NCBI GenBank assembly: GCA_964016885.1
Contig: OZ024740.1
Span: 71,920,001-71,984,000 of the forward strand
DNA length: 64,000 nt
Source: Eledone cirrhosa
Lineage: Eukaryota
Direction of reading: 5' to 3'
Shown here: one piece after another, positions 12,481 to 26,660 of the stretch
Layout of the letters: each line of letters opens with the position of its first letter
Position numbering within the stretch: the stretch's first letter is position 1
The notes under the pieces: generated by a model
Told to the model about the DNA's origin: nothing
The model's database searches: none
The model's input: only the letters and a program-made list of their open reading frames with translations
Program-made: the position numbers and the translations under genes

Positions 12481-13949
12481 TCATGTATGTATGTATGTCT
12501 GCATGGTCAGGTCATTGGCGACTAAACCAAGCTTTCTTGGTGAGGAGGGTGAATTTGTACACCCTGCAGGATGAAAAACAACGCCCGTCAAATGGCGGAG
12601 GAACTCAGGAGAGTCAACGGCCATCCAATAAATTTTTTTTAAAGATTTTCTTTTTTTGTGGAGACCCCTTGTCTTCATTAAGACATCACTCAAGAAGACG
12701 GCCACTCTGATATAAAACCTGCAGCTTCGTTTGCATTCAATGATGTAGACCAGTTCTTCTTTTTGGGCAAAATTTGATGTTCAGAGAGTTGGATTGGCCC
12801 CGTGCAGAATCTTTCCTTACTTAAAAAAGCTTCATGCACAGGCATTGCTTGATATGTGACATTTTTTGTGGTGCATGGTATTGCTGGCCATAGGCAAATC
12901 CCGAGCAGGATTAAAAAGCCACGTCTGTGATGCTTAGGCATAAGTATCAAGTGATGGCATTACTCAAAATCGAGTTGCAGCTATCATGTATGTATGTGCA
13001 CAGTCTTTCCTCACTTAAAAAAAATCTTCATGCACAGACATTGCACAATAGCATTAATTGATAATTATTCATAATGTTATATCATGCAATGGCCATACTC
13101 GATAACGAGGGGGCAGCCATCATGTATGTATAAATATCTTCTTCAACCTCTATGCCTGATAGGGTCATGGGAGCAGGGACACACCTTCCAGAGAACCTTT
13201 GGAGGAATCCCATTTCAGCTGATTTTTTTTTTTTTATATTTGTGATCGCATTCTTTCAGTTATTACTTAAGATTCATAACCATATGTAAGGATTGGCTTG
13301 ACCAAGATGGCTTTTCCACCTCCCTCCTTTCTTCTGATGGTTGAGTATTGAAGCTGGAACATTTATTGTTTTGTGTTGTAAATTTTGCTACAATCTCTTA
13401 TTCTTTCCTTTTTATTTGGTTCATGCTCACTCTGCCTTTTGTTGGTTAGGGTTGGCTGGTATTAATGTGTTGTTTAATGTTAGCTTCTGATTTAACTTGA
13501 CTTTAATATTTATGGTTTCATGTTGTTTGGATTGCAATAAATTTCTGATTTGCGTTTTGCTTAACATTATCCTTTGATGTTGTCTGGGTTTGCTTTAATC
13601 TAGTTTTATTGATTTGAAATCCTGTTTATAGCTTACATCTGGGTTTATTTCTATAGTGTGTTGAGGTTGCAGTTTGTTTTATATTGTTTAGTGTTGGTTT
13701 CTATTCAGTTTTAATTGGTTATTATAATAGAAAAATAGAGTAAAGCAAATTTGAAGAGACCTTACCTCAATATCGGACATGATATTTTCCTGGATTTAAA
13801 GACATTATTACAATTGCTTTAAAAATAGAGTAAAGTGAATTTGAAGAGATATTATCTCAATACTGGACACAGTTTTTCAAGCTTTAAAGACACATTATTT
13901 CAAAGATTTAAAGACAGAATATTTAAAATAGAGAAGGAGAGATAACTCT

Positions 13950-14100
13950 TACAGGGTGGGTCCTCAGCTGGCAGATAGGGGAATGACCTCACTGAGGTTA
14001 GCTATGAATATGGAAATAAGCAGTCTCAGACAAATCAATGGGTGACCTTTTGGTAAGGCTTAGCACTTGGGAGGGTTACAGTGAAGTCATGTGTTTGCAG
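13950..14100 (+). mobile_element. Degenerate RTE-type 5' region
   Basis: cctcag.tggcagataggggaa..acctc...ttagctatgaatat..aataagcagtc resembles RTE 5' leaders as I recall them. Confidence 0.4.
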
Positions 14101-14381
14101 CACAGGGAATGGTGAACTATGGTAGATGAATTCAAGTTAGAACCAATGATGGTGCATCTCATTTGATGTAGAGCAGATAAACCTCCTTGGTCAATACCAA
14201 CGATCTCAAAATTCAGTCAGCGAACTACTGCAACTCATCTGCAGGTGTGGAATCCACAGATGAGAATTTAGCCATCGAAAGATTAACATGACTCAAGAGA
14301 TTCATAGCAAACCAAAATTCCAAGATGAGGATGATTTAATTTCTGAACTAGTTGCTTCCCTTTATTTATTTGTTCGGGTTT

Positions 14382-14665
14382 ATCAGTTCATTAAGTGGGG
14401 TAGAGTTTGGATTAGGTTCATGTGTGATTACAGGATTTCAGTTTGGTTGGTTTGGGTAATAATAATAATGAAATTATTGTGTACAGTGCTCAGGTGCACT
14501 ACAACTCGTCAAAGGTGCATGTATAGTACATAGAATAATATACAAATGTCAGGGAAGTGAATAGTGTATGAGTCATGATATACATGTGTGCATGTGTATG
14601 GAGGGGGAATATTAGGTGTAGTGTTGGCAAATCTCAGGAAGCATGGAGGTTTTAAAGGATGTAGT
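14382..14665 (-). mobile_element. CR1-like LINE 3' tail plus ~75 bp flank (inverted duplicate of 15470-15755)
   Basis: About 285 bp reverse-complement match with ~5 substitutions. Confidence 0.92.
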
Positions 14666-15680
14666 TCCTCGCCCCCTTTTGTTTGTGGCATATATTAATG
14701 ACATAGATGCCAACTTAAAGAATGCCACAGTACTGAAATATGCAGATGACATCAAGCTGTACCTTGAGATAAAAAGGACCGATCCTGAACACTATAGATC
14801 TTGCCTGCAATCTGACCTGGACACAACGCAACAATGAATCACAGACTGGCAACTCAAGCTAGCTGTGGACAAGTGAACCACCATGCACATACTCCCTCCA
14901 CAACACTAATATCAAGAAGTCTTCTTGTGAATGTGATCTGGGCATTATGGTCAGCAGCAATTTGCATTGGACGAAGCACGTCTCTAAAATTGTCAAGAAG
15001 GCCGAGAGTGTCTTAGCATCACTCAGCAAGACCTTTGTCAGCCGCTCTCCAGCTATCTATTTAAAGCTGTATATAGCTATGGTGCGGCCACACTTAGAAT
15101 TTGCATTTCAGTCTGGAACCCTTATCTTGCTCAGAACATTGACCACCTGGAAACTGTTCAGAGACGTGCAACCAAGCGAATACCCTCCATCAAGCATCTA
15201 CCATACTCTGAACGCTTTGCTTCCCTGGGCATAGATACATTGAAGCTCCGACGTCTGGCAACTGACTTGGTAAACACCCACAAAATTACTAACCATCTTG
15301 CCAACAACAACCCTGAGTACCTTTTTGATTTCCATGTGTCTAACACACGTGGGCATGCCCACAAAGTCAGAAAACAGCACAGCTCCCATGACTTTCTGAA
15401 AGATTTTTTCACGTTCAAAGTTGCTGAAGCATGGAACAAACTACCTGCATCAGTTGTTAGCTGTCGAGACACTGCATCCTTTAAAACCTCCATGCTTCCT
15501 GAGATTCGCCAACACTACACCTAATATTCCCCCTCCATACACACGCACACATGTATATCATGACTCATACACTATTCACTTCCCTGACATTTGTATATTA
15601 TTCTATGTACTATACATGCACCTTTGACAAGTTGTAGTGCACCTGAGCACTGTACACAATAATTTCATTATTATTATTAC
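14666..15680 (+). mobile_element. CR1-like LINE RT C-terminal half, 3' UTR and (TTA)n tail
   Basis: PLLFVAYIND, KYADDIKLY, LYIAMVRPHLEFA, TRGH..K, WNKLPASVV; frameshifted. Confidence 0.92.
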
Positions 15681-15749
15681 TCAAACCAACCAAACTGAAA
15701 TCCTGTAATCACACATGAACCTAATCCAAACTCTACCCCACTTAATGAA

Positions 15750-17090
15750 CTGATTTATGCAGTTTGTACTCACGTTCAGCATTACAACGTTCTTTTCTGG
15801 CAAGACGGACTGCTGGAGTCTCCCAAATTGTATTTTTGGGATGTTTTTTCTGCTTACGTGGCACCGATGCTGCACATGCTGTCCATATTGAGCTCAGGAT
15901 GTTCTGGAGTACAGTGTTGACATATCCAGAGTTGTAGAACTCAAGCCAGTTTAGACCTTGCAACTCAGTACAGTAACAGTTCCAGTCTACTTTATTCCAG
16001 TCAAAGTGAGCAGTTTGGAGATGGTTGTGGTTTTTGTTACTGCCCATGAGGGATAGATTGGCAATGATCATAGCATGATCAGAATCACCTAAAGGTTCCT
16101 CAGTAGTAACACTAATAACCGTTTCAGGAGTCGTGGTGAAGAGTAGGTCCAAAGTGTTGTCACCTCTTGTTGGGGAGGTGACTACTTAGGACCAGTTCGA
16201 GTCCAGCACTAGCTCAAGGAAGTCATTTGCACTTGGCAGCCAACGAAAGGTTTCCCAGTCAATCTCAGGGTGATTGAAGTCCCCTGCAATAAAAACATAA
16301 GTGACTGTTTTCCTGGCAGCAACTCTGAGGATATCACAAAGTTGAGTGTCCTGATGGTAATTTGGAGGACGGTAAACAACTCCAAGTAGCATTGTTGACA
16401 TGGTCATACATATATTGCGGAAAAATACTTCCTGCTGCGATTGGTTCAAATCAACACAAGGAATTGCCGAAAAATTTGACCGAACGTAGACCATTACATC
16501 ACCACCACGACAATTAATACGGTCTTTACGAAACAAGTTGTAGCCAGTTATGCTGAAAACCCCATCACAGAGTAAGGAATGTGCCCATGTTTCCATGACT
16601 GCAATGAAGTCAGGGTTGATACTTTTGACATAGGAGTCAAAAAGATGAATCTTATTGCATAGACTACATGCATTCAAGGACAACAATTTGTACCTTGATT
16701 CCAGTCTATGATTATGTGCAGGGGATGGCAGGTTGTTCTGATTTAGTTTCCCAGAGTTTTTTCAGTTTTTTTATTGTCAGTTATTGTGCGTACAGTGTTT
16801 TCAGACCAGCTGGTATCTCTTTTCCATGTTTCACCAGCCTTAATAAACTTCCATATCTGCCCATCATCACGTAGGCTGAAGCTTTCATGTTCTGCCGAGC
16901 TGCAGTTTAAGGAAGCTGCAGCACGCAACTTTGGACGGACATCAGGTGGAAGACCAGGGCGTGTTCGGAAGGCAATCCGACTTTCACGCCTAGCTTTATC
17001 AGAGGCCAAAAGATATGAACGTGCCTCAGTTGAGTTTGAAAAAGACAGTCTAATTAGCCTGGGTTTCGGACCTGGTCATAATAGTTGTTG
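15750..17090 (-). mobile_element. CR1-like LINE 5' part (ORF1 end and APE endonuclease), truncated
   Basis: ORFs 16186-16686 (ETW, RKDR..RGG, VYRPP, AGDFNHPEIDW) and 15742-16152 (LDL, LGDSDH). Confidence 0.9.
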
Positions 17091-17480
17091 AAGGTGTGGT
17101 TTACTTTGATGTGTGTCTATATATCAAATCAAGTTTATTATGAGATTATTTCTGGTGGTTACACTGAATATGTGTGGGTCCAATGAATATGTGTAGGCCT
17201 AATGCCAATTACATAATGGGGTAGGGTACTAGTTACTGCAAAGTAATATAGTCTGTCTCTAGGTGGACTTTACCTGACTTATTCAACTATTATTTCTTGT
17301 TATCTGCGTTGTGCTAATTATATTTTTGAATTTCAAATTTCTTAATGCTTCATAAGTCAACCAATTATTTCCAAGTGATGGTGACCTGAACAGACCTGCT
17401 TTTTCTCAGATTTTGTTTTTCATTTCTGCCATTGCTCATTCTCCTCTATCTTTCTATTTCTTCTTTAATTTCTCATTCTA

Positions 17481-17517
17481 TTTTCTGATGAAGGACTAGC
17501 ATCTGAAACGTTAAGAC
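17481..17517 (+). ncRNA. Minimal type I hammerhead motif
   Basis: CTGATGA-agga-ctagca-tct-GAAA-CG-TTA; palindromic AACGTT helix III; weak helix I. Confidence 0.55.
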
Positions 17518-17607
17518 TCTTTTCCTACTATATGAAGCATAAAACTAATATATTTCTCCATTGTACTGTGTAGTTAGCTTTGTTATTTCTGTTTACACAC
17601 TTTTTGC

Positions 17608-17640
<33 letters not shown>

Positions 17641-17869
17641 CAAGCATGGAACAATAGACGTAAAATTATGCTGATGATATTGATATGTTTGGACATCTTT
17701 GGTAAAAAAAATATGTTATTTATGTTGTTTAATAGAATCTGAGGAAATCAGTACAGAGGAAAAAAATATAATTTCTTACTGTATTGATAGAAACGTTCAT
17801 AAATCAATTAAATAATAGATGTCATTTAATCCTGGTTACTTTTTTTCATTCATTTTATATATGTATATA

Positions 17870-18220
17870 TATATGTATGTATGTTTGTATGTATGTATGT
17901 ATGTATGTATGTATGTATGTATGTATGTATGTATGTATGTATGTATGTATGTATGTATGTATGTATGTATGTATGTATGTTCTTCTGGTTTTATAATTTC
18001 TCAAATGTTTGCCAATAGAGAGAGAGTCAGTTTCTAACATAGATACAAGACTCTCTCATGGAATTTACACAATCTCAACTCGGTAGATATGTATGCATGT
18101 CTGCGTGCATGCATGTATGCATGTCTGCATGCATGCATGTATGTATGTATGTATGTATGTATGTATGTATGTATGTATGTATGTATGTATGTGTGTGTGT
18201 ATGTATTTATGTATGTATTA
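17870..18220. repeat. (TATG)n tetranucleotide arrays
   Basis: Directly visible. Confidence 0.95.
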
Positions 18221-18224
18221 AATG

Positions 18225-18960
18225 GAGAAGCGTGATGCCTAATACAGAAGTTTTACAAAGATTGGGGGTTTGGGTCTACAATCAGTTCTCTTGTCAATAA
18301 GAGTCAGATGTACTGGGTTGGGCATCTTCTTTGCATGAATGACACAAGGCTGCCAATGGAAATATTTAATAGTGAGCTTGTGCAAAGAAAAAAAAAAAAA
18401 ACAACAGCTTCAGCCTAAGAAAAAGTACAAGGACTGTATTAAGGAAAATGTAAAATGTCAGGGTTCAGATATAAATCAACGGGAAAAGCAAACTCTTGAT
18501 TGTAATACATAGAGAAAGACAATTAAATCAGGGTCTCAAATATTGGATGAAATGAAAAAAGCAAAAGTAGTGCTGAAACAGGCATAAGAATTGGTGAGTT
18601 GGTAGGGCTTGAAAATATTGATTATTGGAATTGCAATTTCTGTCACCGTGTCCTTCTCTCTAATGTTGGTTTTGTAAACTATATGATCATGTATGAACAG
18701 TCAATGACACAAGCAGCTACTGTTACAAATCTTGTTGCACCTCCAGATGTAACTACTTATCTGATGTGTGGTAAGATATGTAAGACAACTTCTGGGTTAA
18801 AACACTGTATGAAGGTTCATCAACAGGAAATTCCACACCCTGATCCAATAAACCCAATACATACACTGGCATACATCTGGTACTTGTGCTAATGAACTTG
18901 TAATTCAATTGCTGGTTTGAAAAGACACTTCCGTGCATATGGGAGAGTGTAAACTTCCTG
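18225..18960 (+). mobile_element. Degenerate RTE/BovB-type LINE C-terminus with C2H2 zinc finger
   Basis: WVGHLLCMNDTRLPMEIFNSEL..PKKKYKDCIK and CGKICKTTSGLKHCMKVH. Confidence 0.65.
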
Positions 18961-19301
18961 GAGGGATTGAGATAATGTTGAGATGACTATCATCTGACAA
19001 TATGAAGCAATCATCATATATGTATGTATACATATCAATATGGTTTCATTAGTTTTACAATATATAATCCAGTGCGTATAAAAAATTTAATTAGGAATAA
19101 TCATGCGGAGTGTTAAAGACAATATTATCCAATGACAAATATTGTTTTCATTATACAGAAAACGACTCCAAAAATGATTGCACAGCATGGCATTGACTAT
19201 TCCTCTGTATATGTGTGTGCATGCATATATGTATATATGAAGCAAAGCAAAAGGACTTCGCTACATATGTATACACACACACACATATATATATATATAT
19301 A

Positions 19302-22300
19302 TCATCATCATCATCATCGTTTAACGTCCATGTTCCAAGCTTGCATGGGTTTGGACGGGAGTTTTCCCACTTGAGGCAAGAGTGGTTGTCTTGCTCGCAT
19401 AGGACTGTCTGGCGGGTTTTCTACAGCTGGATGCCCTTCCTAACACCAACCACATTTACAGTGTGGGGCTGGGAGGTTTTTACTGTGTTGCCTACACGGC
19501 CACATTACAGCGTGGACTGTCTGGCGGGTTTTCTACAGCTGGATGCCCTTCCTAACACCAACCACATTTACAGTGTGGGGCTGGGAGGTTTTTACCGTGT
19601 TGCCTACACGGCCACATTACAGCGTGGACTGTCTGGCGGGTTTTCTACAGCTGGATGCCCTTCCTAACACCAACCACATTTACAGTGTGGGGCTGGGAGG
19701 TTTTTACCGTGTTGCCTACACGGCCACATTACAGCGTGGACTGTGTTTTTTTTTGTCGTGACACCTACACGATCTCATTTGTTTCGGCCTGGATGTTGTG
19801 GCACCAACATAACTTTACATTGAAAGGGGCGGTGTGGATGGGGTGGGGGTGGTGGGACGGGGGTGTGTTTTGTTAGAGATGCCTACTGACTTAAGTAGGT
19901 TTTACTTTGTATTTAGGTAAGGCGGGTCTTCTCTATTACTGAGTACCGCCAAAGGTCTCGGTCCAGTGACATTGTCTTGGAGAGGTGTAAGTGTGTGAGG
20001 TCGGAATTTATCAGGTTGTCCCAGGTTTTTCTCGGTCTGCCTACTCCGTGGCTACCATCTATCTTTACTGCCCTGCACTTTTTTATACAGCTGTCGTCTT
20101 TCATGCGCATCACGTGACCATACCAATGTAGCCTTCTCTCGAGTAAACATCATCTGATCCCTCTTATTTCTAATTTTTCCCTTAGTTCGTTGATGCTTTG
20201 CCGTTCACGTATATTACTATTACACATCCAGCAGAGCATGCAAGCTTCGTTCCTCTCTAGTCTGCGTATATCCTCTGCACACAATGCCCAGGTCTCACTG
20301 CCATGCAACATTGCTGTTCGTATGCAGGCATCATACAGCCTACCTTTCATTTTTAGGGAGAACCCTTTAGCGGCTAATAGTGGTATAAGCTCTCTGAACT
20401 TTTTCCATTCAGTTCTGACTCTAGCTACTGTACTTTCCGAGCACCCTCCCCCACTGCTGATTTTGTCACCCAGGTAATGGAAGCTGTCCACTATTTCTAT
20501 AGAACCCTCTACGCAATTGAAAGAGCTAGTATTTTGTGGTGGGCACTTGCTGCTACTTATTGCACCAGAGCACCGGCCACATATAAAATCTGTTCTTAGT
20601 TAGCTTACCTGTGATCCCACTACATCTTTTATGCACCCATACTTTGCATTTGGGACATAAAATGGAGTTTCTACCTACGCCTTTCCTACACACTGAGCAT
20701 GGCCATTTCCTGGAAGGGACCGTCGCCTTATTTTCTTTCCTACAAATTAGAACTTTAGTCTTAGCCAGGTTAATTTTAAGGCCTTTTGATTCTAGGCCAT
20801 GCTTCCATGTTTGGAATTTCTTCTCTAGCTCGGCCATTGATTCAGCTATGAGCGTTAGATCATCTGCGTATAGGAGTTCCCATGGGCAGCCGGTCTTGAA
20901 CTCCACTGTTATAGCCTGAAGGGCAATAATAAATAGTAGGGGGCTAAGAACAGAGCCCTGATGAACACCAACTTTTACGCTAAACTCTTCACTATATTCA
21001 TTATTAATTCTAACCTTGCTGACTGTTTCTTTATACATGGCTTGTATAGCTCTCACAAGCCATTCATCAACACCTAGTTTTCTACGAGCCCACCAGATAA
21101 TGGAACGGGGGACTCTGTCGAAGGCTTTCTCCAAGTCGACAAAAGCTAAGTATAGGGGTTTACTTTTAGCTAGGTACTTCTCCTGTAGTTGTCGTACAAT
21201 GAAAAGAGCGTCTGTGGTACTTTTGCCTGACACAAACCCGAACTGCATTTCATCTAGATCAATTCTCTCTCTGATTAGTTGCGCTATTACTTTTTCCGTG
21301 ACCTTCATGACCTGGTCGATTAATTTAATGCCTCTATAGTTACTCCTATCTAGGGCATCTCCTTTACCCTTGTAGCAGTTAATGATGATGCTGCTACGCC
21401 AGTCCTTCGGAACGACCCCATTCTGTATGACTTGGTTTACTATCCGGGTGACCATGGTGTGTCCCACTGTTCCAGAGGCTTTCAGCATCTCAGCAACTAT
21501 TTCCGAAGGCCCAGCTGCCTTACCTGTCTTCATATCTTTGATTGCCTCACTTATTATACTACCTTCAACTAACACTGCTGGTCCCTCTATTGGGTCGATG
21601 TGGAGGAGACTGTCTTTCTCCCATTTATTCTCCTCGTTTAGTAGCCTTTCGTAGTGACACTTCCAAGCTACCTTCTTGTCAGCATCAGTGATGGTACGCC
21701 ATCATCATTAAGTACACACTTCTCCCCGACAATATCACGGTTTTCCTTGACACATTGCCTAGCAATCCTGAACACCTCACGTTTTTGGTCCTCGCGTTGT
21801 AGAACATGCTTGAACTTTCTTTCCTCTGCTTCCCTTCTTGCGAAGTACACTTGTCTCCTAGCTTCCCTCCTGGCCACTTGATAGTCTTCTCTACTTCCCC
21901 CATCCTGCCATACTTTCCATGCCTGCTTTTTGGCCTTAATTGACTCCTCCACCTTACTGTTCCACCACCATGTTACTCTCCTCCTGCCTACAGGCCTGCT
22001 CCAGCCACAGACTTCGTCCGCCGCCATCAGCAGGTTTGCTTTCAGGAATTCCCACTGTTCCTCTATATTGTACGACACTAATTGCTCTTCCTTACTGTCG
22101 AAAGCATCAAGTAATATGCTTTGAAATTTATTACTGGCTGTGGGGTCCTTTAGCTTTCATATTTTTCTCCTGAGGATAGTCCTCTTCTGCTGTCTAGTAC
22201 GTCTCGTCCTGACTATGAGGTCGCTTATTATCAGTCTATGTTGGGAGGTGCATTCTTCATGGAGGAGGGATTTAGTGTTTACAACAGACACTCTGTCACG

Positions 22301-22798
22301 TCTTCTGGTAAGGATATAATCTACCTGGTTGGTATGTTCCCCTGATCTGTAGGTGATCAAGTGATTGTCTCGTTTTTTGAAGTTAGTGTTACAGATAGTT
22401 AGGTTATTTGCATCACAGAATTCCAGGATTCTGGAGCCTTCCTCGTTTCTAGTACCAAACCCATAGCCTCCATGGATTCCGTCATAGCCGTCACAATGTT
22501 GTCCAATGTGGCCATTTAGGTCGCCAGCAATAATTATATAGTCCCTGTCGGTTATTTGGGAGGTAGTGAGCATCAGTGTCTCATAGAATCTGTCTTTTAT
22601 AGCGCCAGGCAGTCCAGATTGGGGCGTGTATGCAGATATTACTGTCACAGTAGTTCTATTTAGAACAAGTCTTATTTTAATTATTCTGTCATTCACTCTA
22701 TTTACATCTATTATCTTATCTACCCATTTTTCTGCTAACATGATTCCTACCCCACCTATCCCATTGTCATTTCCCACCCAGAAAAGCTTATAGCAACG
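19302..22798 (-). mobile_element. RTE LINE, ~3.5 kb (EN + RT + C-terminus + 3' UTR), frameshifted
   Basis: ORFs 22157-22777 (AGDLNGHIG), 20553-21575 (GVHQGSVLSPLLF, YADD) and 20150-20491; (CAT)n tail at 19302. Confidence 0.95.
19402..19743. repeat. Tandem triplication of a 112-bp unit in the RTE 3' UTR
   Basis: ggactgtctggcgggttttctacagc at 19402, 19514 and 19626. Confidence 0.95.
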
Positions 22799-23188
22799 TT
22801 TATATATATATACATATATACATACATGGTGGCTGCTAACTCGTTTTCGAGTACGGCCACTACTTTATATCCATGTAGGAGAACCCCTACCGATGCGCTG
22901 AATGAGTGTGACTTTTTAGTCGAGCCAGCGACTTGAAAACTCTGGTACAAACACTACACTTGTGACAATTATTGACACATATACATACATACATACATAC
23001 ATATGTACATAAATAAATATATATTCATATATGCATAAATATATATATATATGAACACACACATATTAAATCTGCCTGTACTGATACACAATTACGTGTA
23101 GAATATTGCCAATTGCGATTCCACTTCAATAAAGCAGAATTCAGAATGATTTTCTGTTTTTATTATTATTTTTACAGATAATCATTAA

Positions 23189-23764
23189 TCTATATATATA
23201 AAACTGAGGTTGTCTGTCTGTCTATCGATTTTTGGCACACATCTCCTCTTAGAATCTCTCACGGAATTGCACCGAAATTGCTATACTTGTACATTGAGCC
23301 CTAGCGAAGACATCGGAAAAAAATATTTCAAATTGACCCGCCCTATCTGACGAAATCGAATATAATGTATCGATTTTTGAGCGTAAGTGATCAGTTATTT
23401 CCCTTTGTTCTGTTTACATTGAGCGTCTTACGTTCTGTTACGATAGACGAACAGTTGTCGAGCCACCAAAATTTTGACCTGCAAAATTCATCAGTTCGAA
23501 CACTAAGCTTCCGTTTTGCTTCATTTCCATTTAAAAGCTTTTTAAAACAATATTTTTATTTGAAAACAAGTCTATTTAAAAACTACGTAAAACAAGCAAA
23601 TATTTCGTAAAAAAAATCAAATATTATATAAGTTTATTTTAAATATATGTATCTGTAAATTTCGTTAGGCGTGCTGACAGACTTTAAGCCAAAAAAGAAA
23701 CTTAACATTGTAACTTTAACACAGCTACTGAGCGACCCCGAGCAACGCCGGGCTTTACTGCTAG
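23189..23764 (+). mobile_element. Non-autonomous Helitron
   Basis: 5' A|TCtatatatataaaa; 3' hairpin cccgagcaacgccggg then CTAG|T; same family as 55127-56092. Confidence 0.9.
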
Positions 23765-23864
23765 TATACGATATAAAAATAAAAGAAATTATATTTTACA
23801 GATAATTATAATTTTCTATTCTGTGACTTAAGAAATAATTACATTCTTGCCTGTTAGATATATA

Positions 23865-26660
23865 CTAGTATATCTGTGGTTGTTAAGATATATTCTAGTA
23901 TGGCTATGATTGCTAAGATGTGTGTTTGGGTGGCTATGATTGAAATGTTGTATGTAGGTAGCTATGACTGCTAAGTTGTGTGTTAGTGTGGCTATGATTG
24001 CTAAGATATATTGTAGGGTATCTATGATTGCTAACAGGTATGTTAGGGTGGCTATGATGGCTAAGATATATTGTAGGGTCTCTATGATGGCTAAGATATA
24101 TTCTAGGGTGCTGTGATGGCTAAGATGTGTGTTAGAGTGACCAGGATTGCTAGGATGTGTGTTAAATTGAGTGTGATGTGTAAGATGTGTGATATGGTGG
24201 CCAAGATTGGGTGGCTATGATTGCTAAGATATATTCTAGGATGGCTATGATTGCCAAGAAGTGTGTTAGGGTGTCTGTGATTTCTAAGATGTGAGTTAGG
24301 ATGGCTGTGATTGCTAGGATGTGTGTTAGGGTGGCTATGGTTGCTAAGATACATTCTCGGATGGCTATGATTGCTAAGATGTGTGTTAGGGTGGCTATGA
24401 TTACTAAGATGCGCGTTATTGTTGCTATGATTGCTAAGATGTGTGTTAGAGTGGCTGTGATTGCTAAAATGTGTGTTAGGGTGGCCATGATCGCTAAGAT
24501 AGGTGTTTGGGTGACTATGATCGCTAAGATAGATGTTAGGGTGATTATGATTGCTAAGATATATTCCAGGATGGCTATGATTGCTAAGATGGGTGTTGTG
24601 GTGGCTATGATTGCCAAAAAGTGTGTTAGGGTGACTATCATTGTTAAGATGTGGGTTAGGGTGGATATGATTGCTAAGATTGTGTTAGGATGGCTATGAT
24701 TGCTAAGATATGTGTTAGCGTCGTTATGATTGCAAAGATGTGTTATGGTGGCTATGATTGCTAAGATTTGTGTTAGGGTGGCTATGATGACTACGATATA
24801 TTCCAGGGACTCTATGATGGCTAAGATATGTTTTCGGGTGGCTATGATGGCTAAGGTATATTCTAGGGTGGTGGCTATGATTGCTAAGATGTGTGTTAGG
24901 GTTGCTATGATTGCTAAGATGTGTGTTAGGGTGGCTATGATTGCTAAGATCGGTGTTAGTGTGACTGAGATTGCTAAGATATATTCTAGGGCGGCTATGA
25001 TTGTTAAGATGTATGCTATGGTGCCTATGATTACTAAGATGTGTGTTAGGGTGCTATGATACATAGTTGCTATGATACATTCTAGGATGGCTATGATTGC
25101 TAAGATGTATGTTAGTGTGACTAAGATTGCTAAGATATATTCTAGGATGGCTATGATTGCTAAGATGTGTGTTATGGTTGCTATGATTGCTAAGATGTGT
25201 GTTAGGGTGGCTGTGATTGCTAAGATGTGTGCTATGGTGGCTGTGATTGTTAAGAGGTGTGTTAGAGTGACTATGATCGCTAAGATAGGTGTTTGGGAGA
25301 TTATGATTGCTAAGATATATTCCAGGATGGCTATGATTGCTAAGGTGTGTGTTGTGGTTGCTATGATTGCCATAAAGTGTGTTAGGGTGACTATAATTGT
25401 AATGATGTGTGTTAGGGTGTCTATGATTGCTAAGATGTGTGTTAGGGTGGCTATGATTGTTCAGATATATTCTAGGATGGCTATGATTGCTAAGATGCGG
25501 ATTAAGTTGACTGTGATTGCTAAGATGTGTGTTAGCATGGCTGTGATTGCTAAGATGTGTGTTAGCATGGCTGTGATTGCTAAGATGTGTGTTAGGGTAG
25601 CTATGATTGCTCATATATAGTCTAGGATGGCTATGGTTGCTAAGATGTGTGTTAGCGTCGTTAATGATTGCTAAGATGTGTGTTATGGTAGCTGTGATTG
25701 CTAGGATGTGTGTTATGGTGGCTATGATTGCTAAGATATATTCTAGGAAAGCTATGATTGCCAAGAAGTTTGTTACGGTGACTATAATTGTTAAGGTGTG
25801 TGTTAGGGTAGCTACGATTGCTACAATATATTCTAGGGTCTCTATGATAACTAAGATATATTCTAGGGTGGCTATGGTGGCTCAGATATATTCTAGGGTG
25901 GCTACAATGGCTAAGATGTGTGTTAAGGTAACTATGATTGTCAAGATATATTGTAGGATGGCTATCATTGCTAAGCTGTGTGTTAGGGTGGCTATGATTG
26001 CTAAGATGTGTGTAGGGTGGCTATGATTACTAAGATATGTGTGTTAAGGTGGCTATGATTGCTAATATATATTCTAGGATGACTATGATTGCTAAGATGT
26101 GTGATAGGTTGGCAATGATTGTTAAAATCTGTGTTAGGGTGGCTGTGATTGCTAAGATATATTCTAGGGTGGCTATGGTAGATAAGATGTGTGTAGGGTG
26201 GCTATGATTACTAAGATATGTGTGTTAAGGTGGCTATGATTGCTAAGTTATATTCTAGGATGGCTATGATTGCTAAGATGTTTGTTAGGTTGGCTATGAT
26301 TGTTAAAATCTGTGTTACTGTGGCTGTGATTGCTAAGATGTGTGCTAGCGTGGCTATAATTGCTAAGATGTGTGTTAGGGTAAGTATGATTTTTAAGATA
26401 TATTCTAGGATGGCTATGATTGCTAAGATATGTATTCGAGTGGCCCTGATTGCTAAGATATATTTTATGATGACTAAGATGTGTGTTAAATTGAGTATTA
26501 TGTATAAGATGTGTGTTAGGGTGACTATGATTGTCAAGATATATTGTAGGATGGCTATCATTGCTAAGATATGTGTTAGGGTGGCTATGATTGCTAAGAT
26601 GTGTGTTAGGGTGGCTATGATTACTAACATATGTGTGTTAAGGTGGCTATGATTGCTATG
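23865..26660. repeat. 30-bp minisatellite, ~90 units (gtgtgttagggtggctatgattgctaagat; variant atattctaggatggctatgattgctaagat)
   Basis: 30-nt periodicity directly visible. Confidence 0.97.

Noticed and set aside
22895-22950. ctgaatga...gaaa possible hammerhead variant
   Set aside because: Helices I and III cannot be formed convincingly.
24103-26652. Long ORFs, including His-rich repeats reminiscent of cephalopod beak proteins
   Set aside because: Products of a 30-bp satellite that is open on both strands and has many frameshifting indels.
23865-26660. CRISPR-like periodicity
   Set aside because: Contiguous tandem units with no unique spacers, no cas genes, eukaryotic context.
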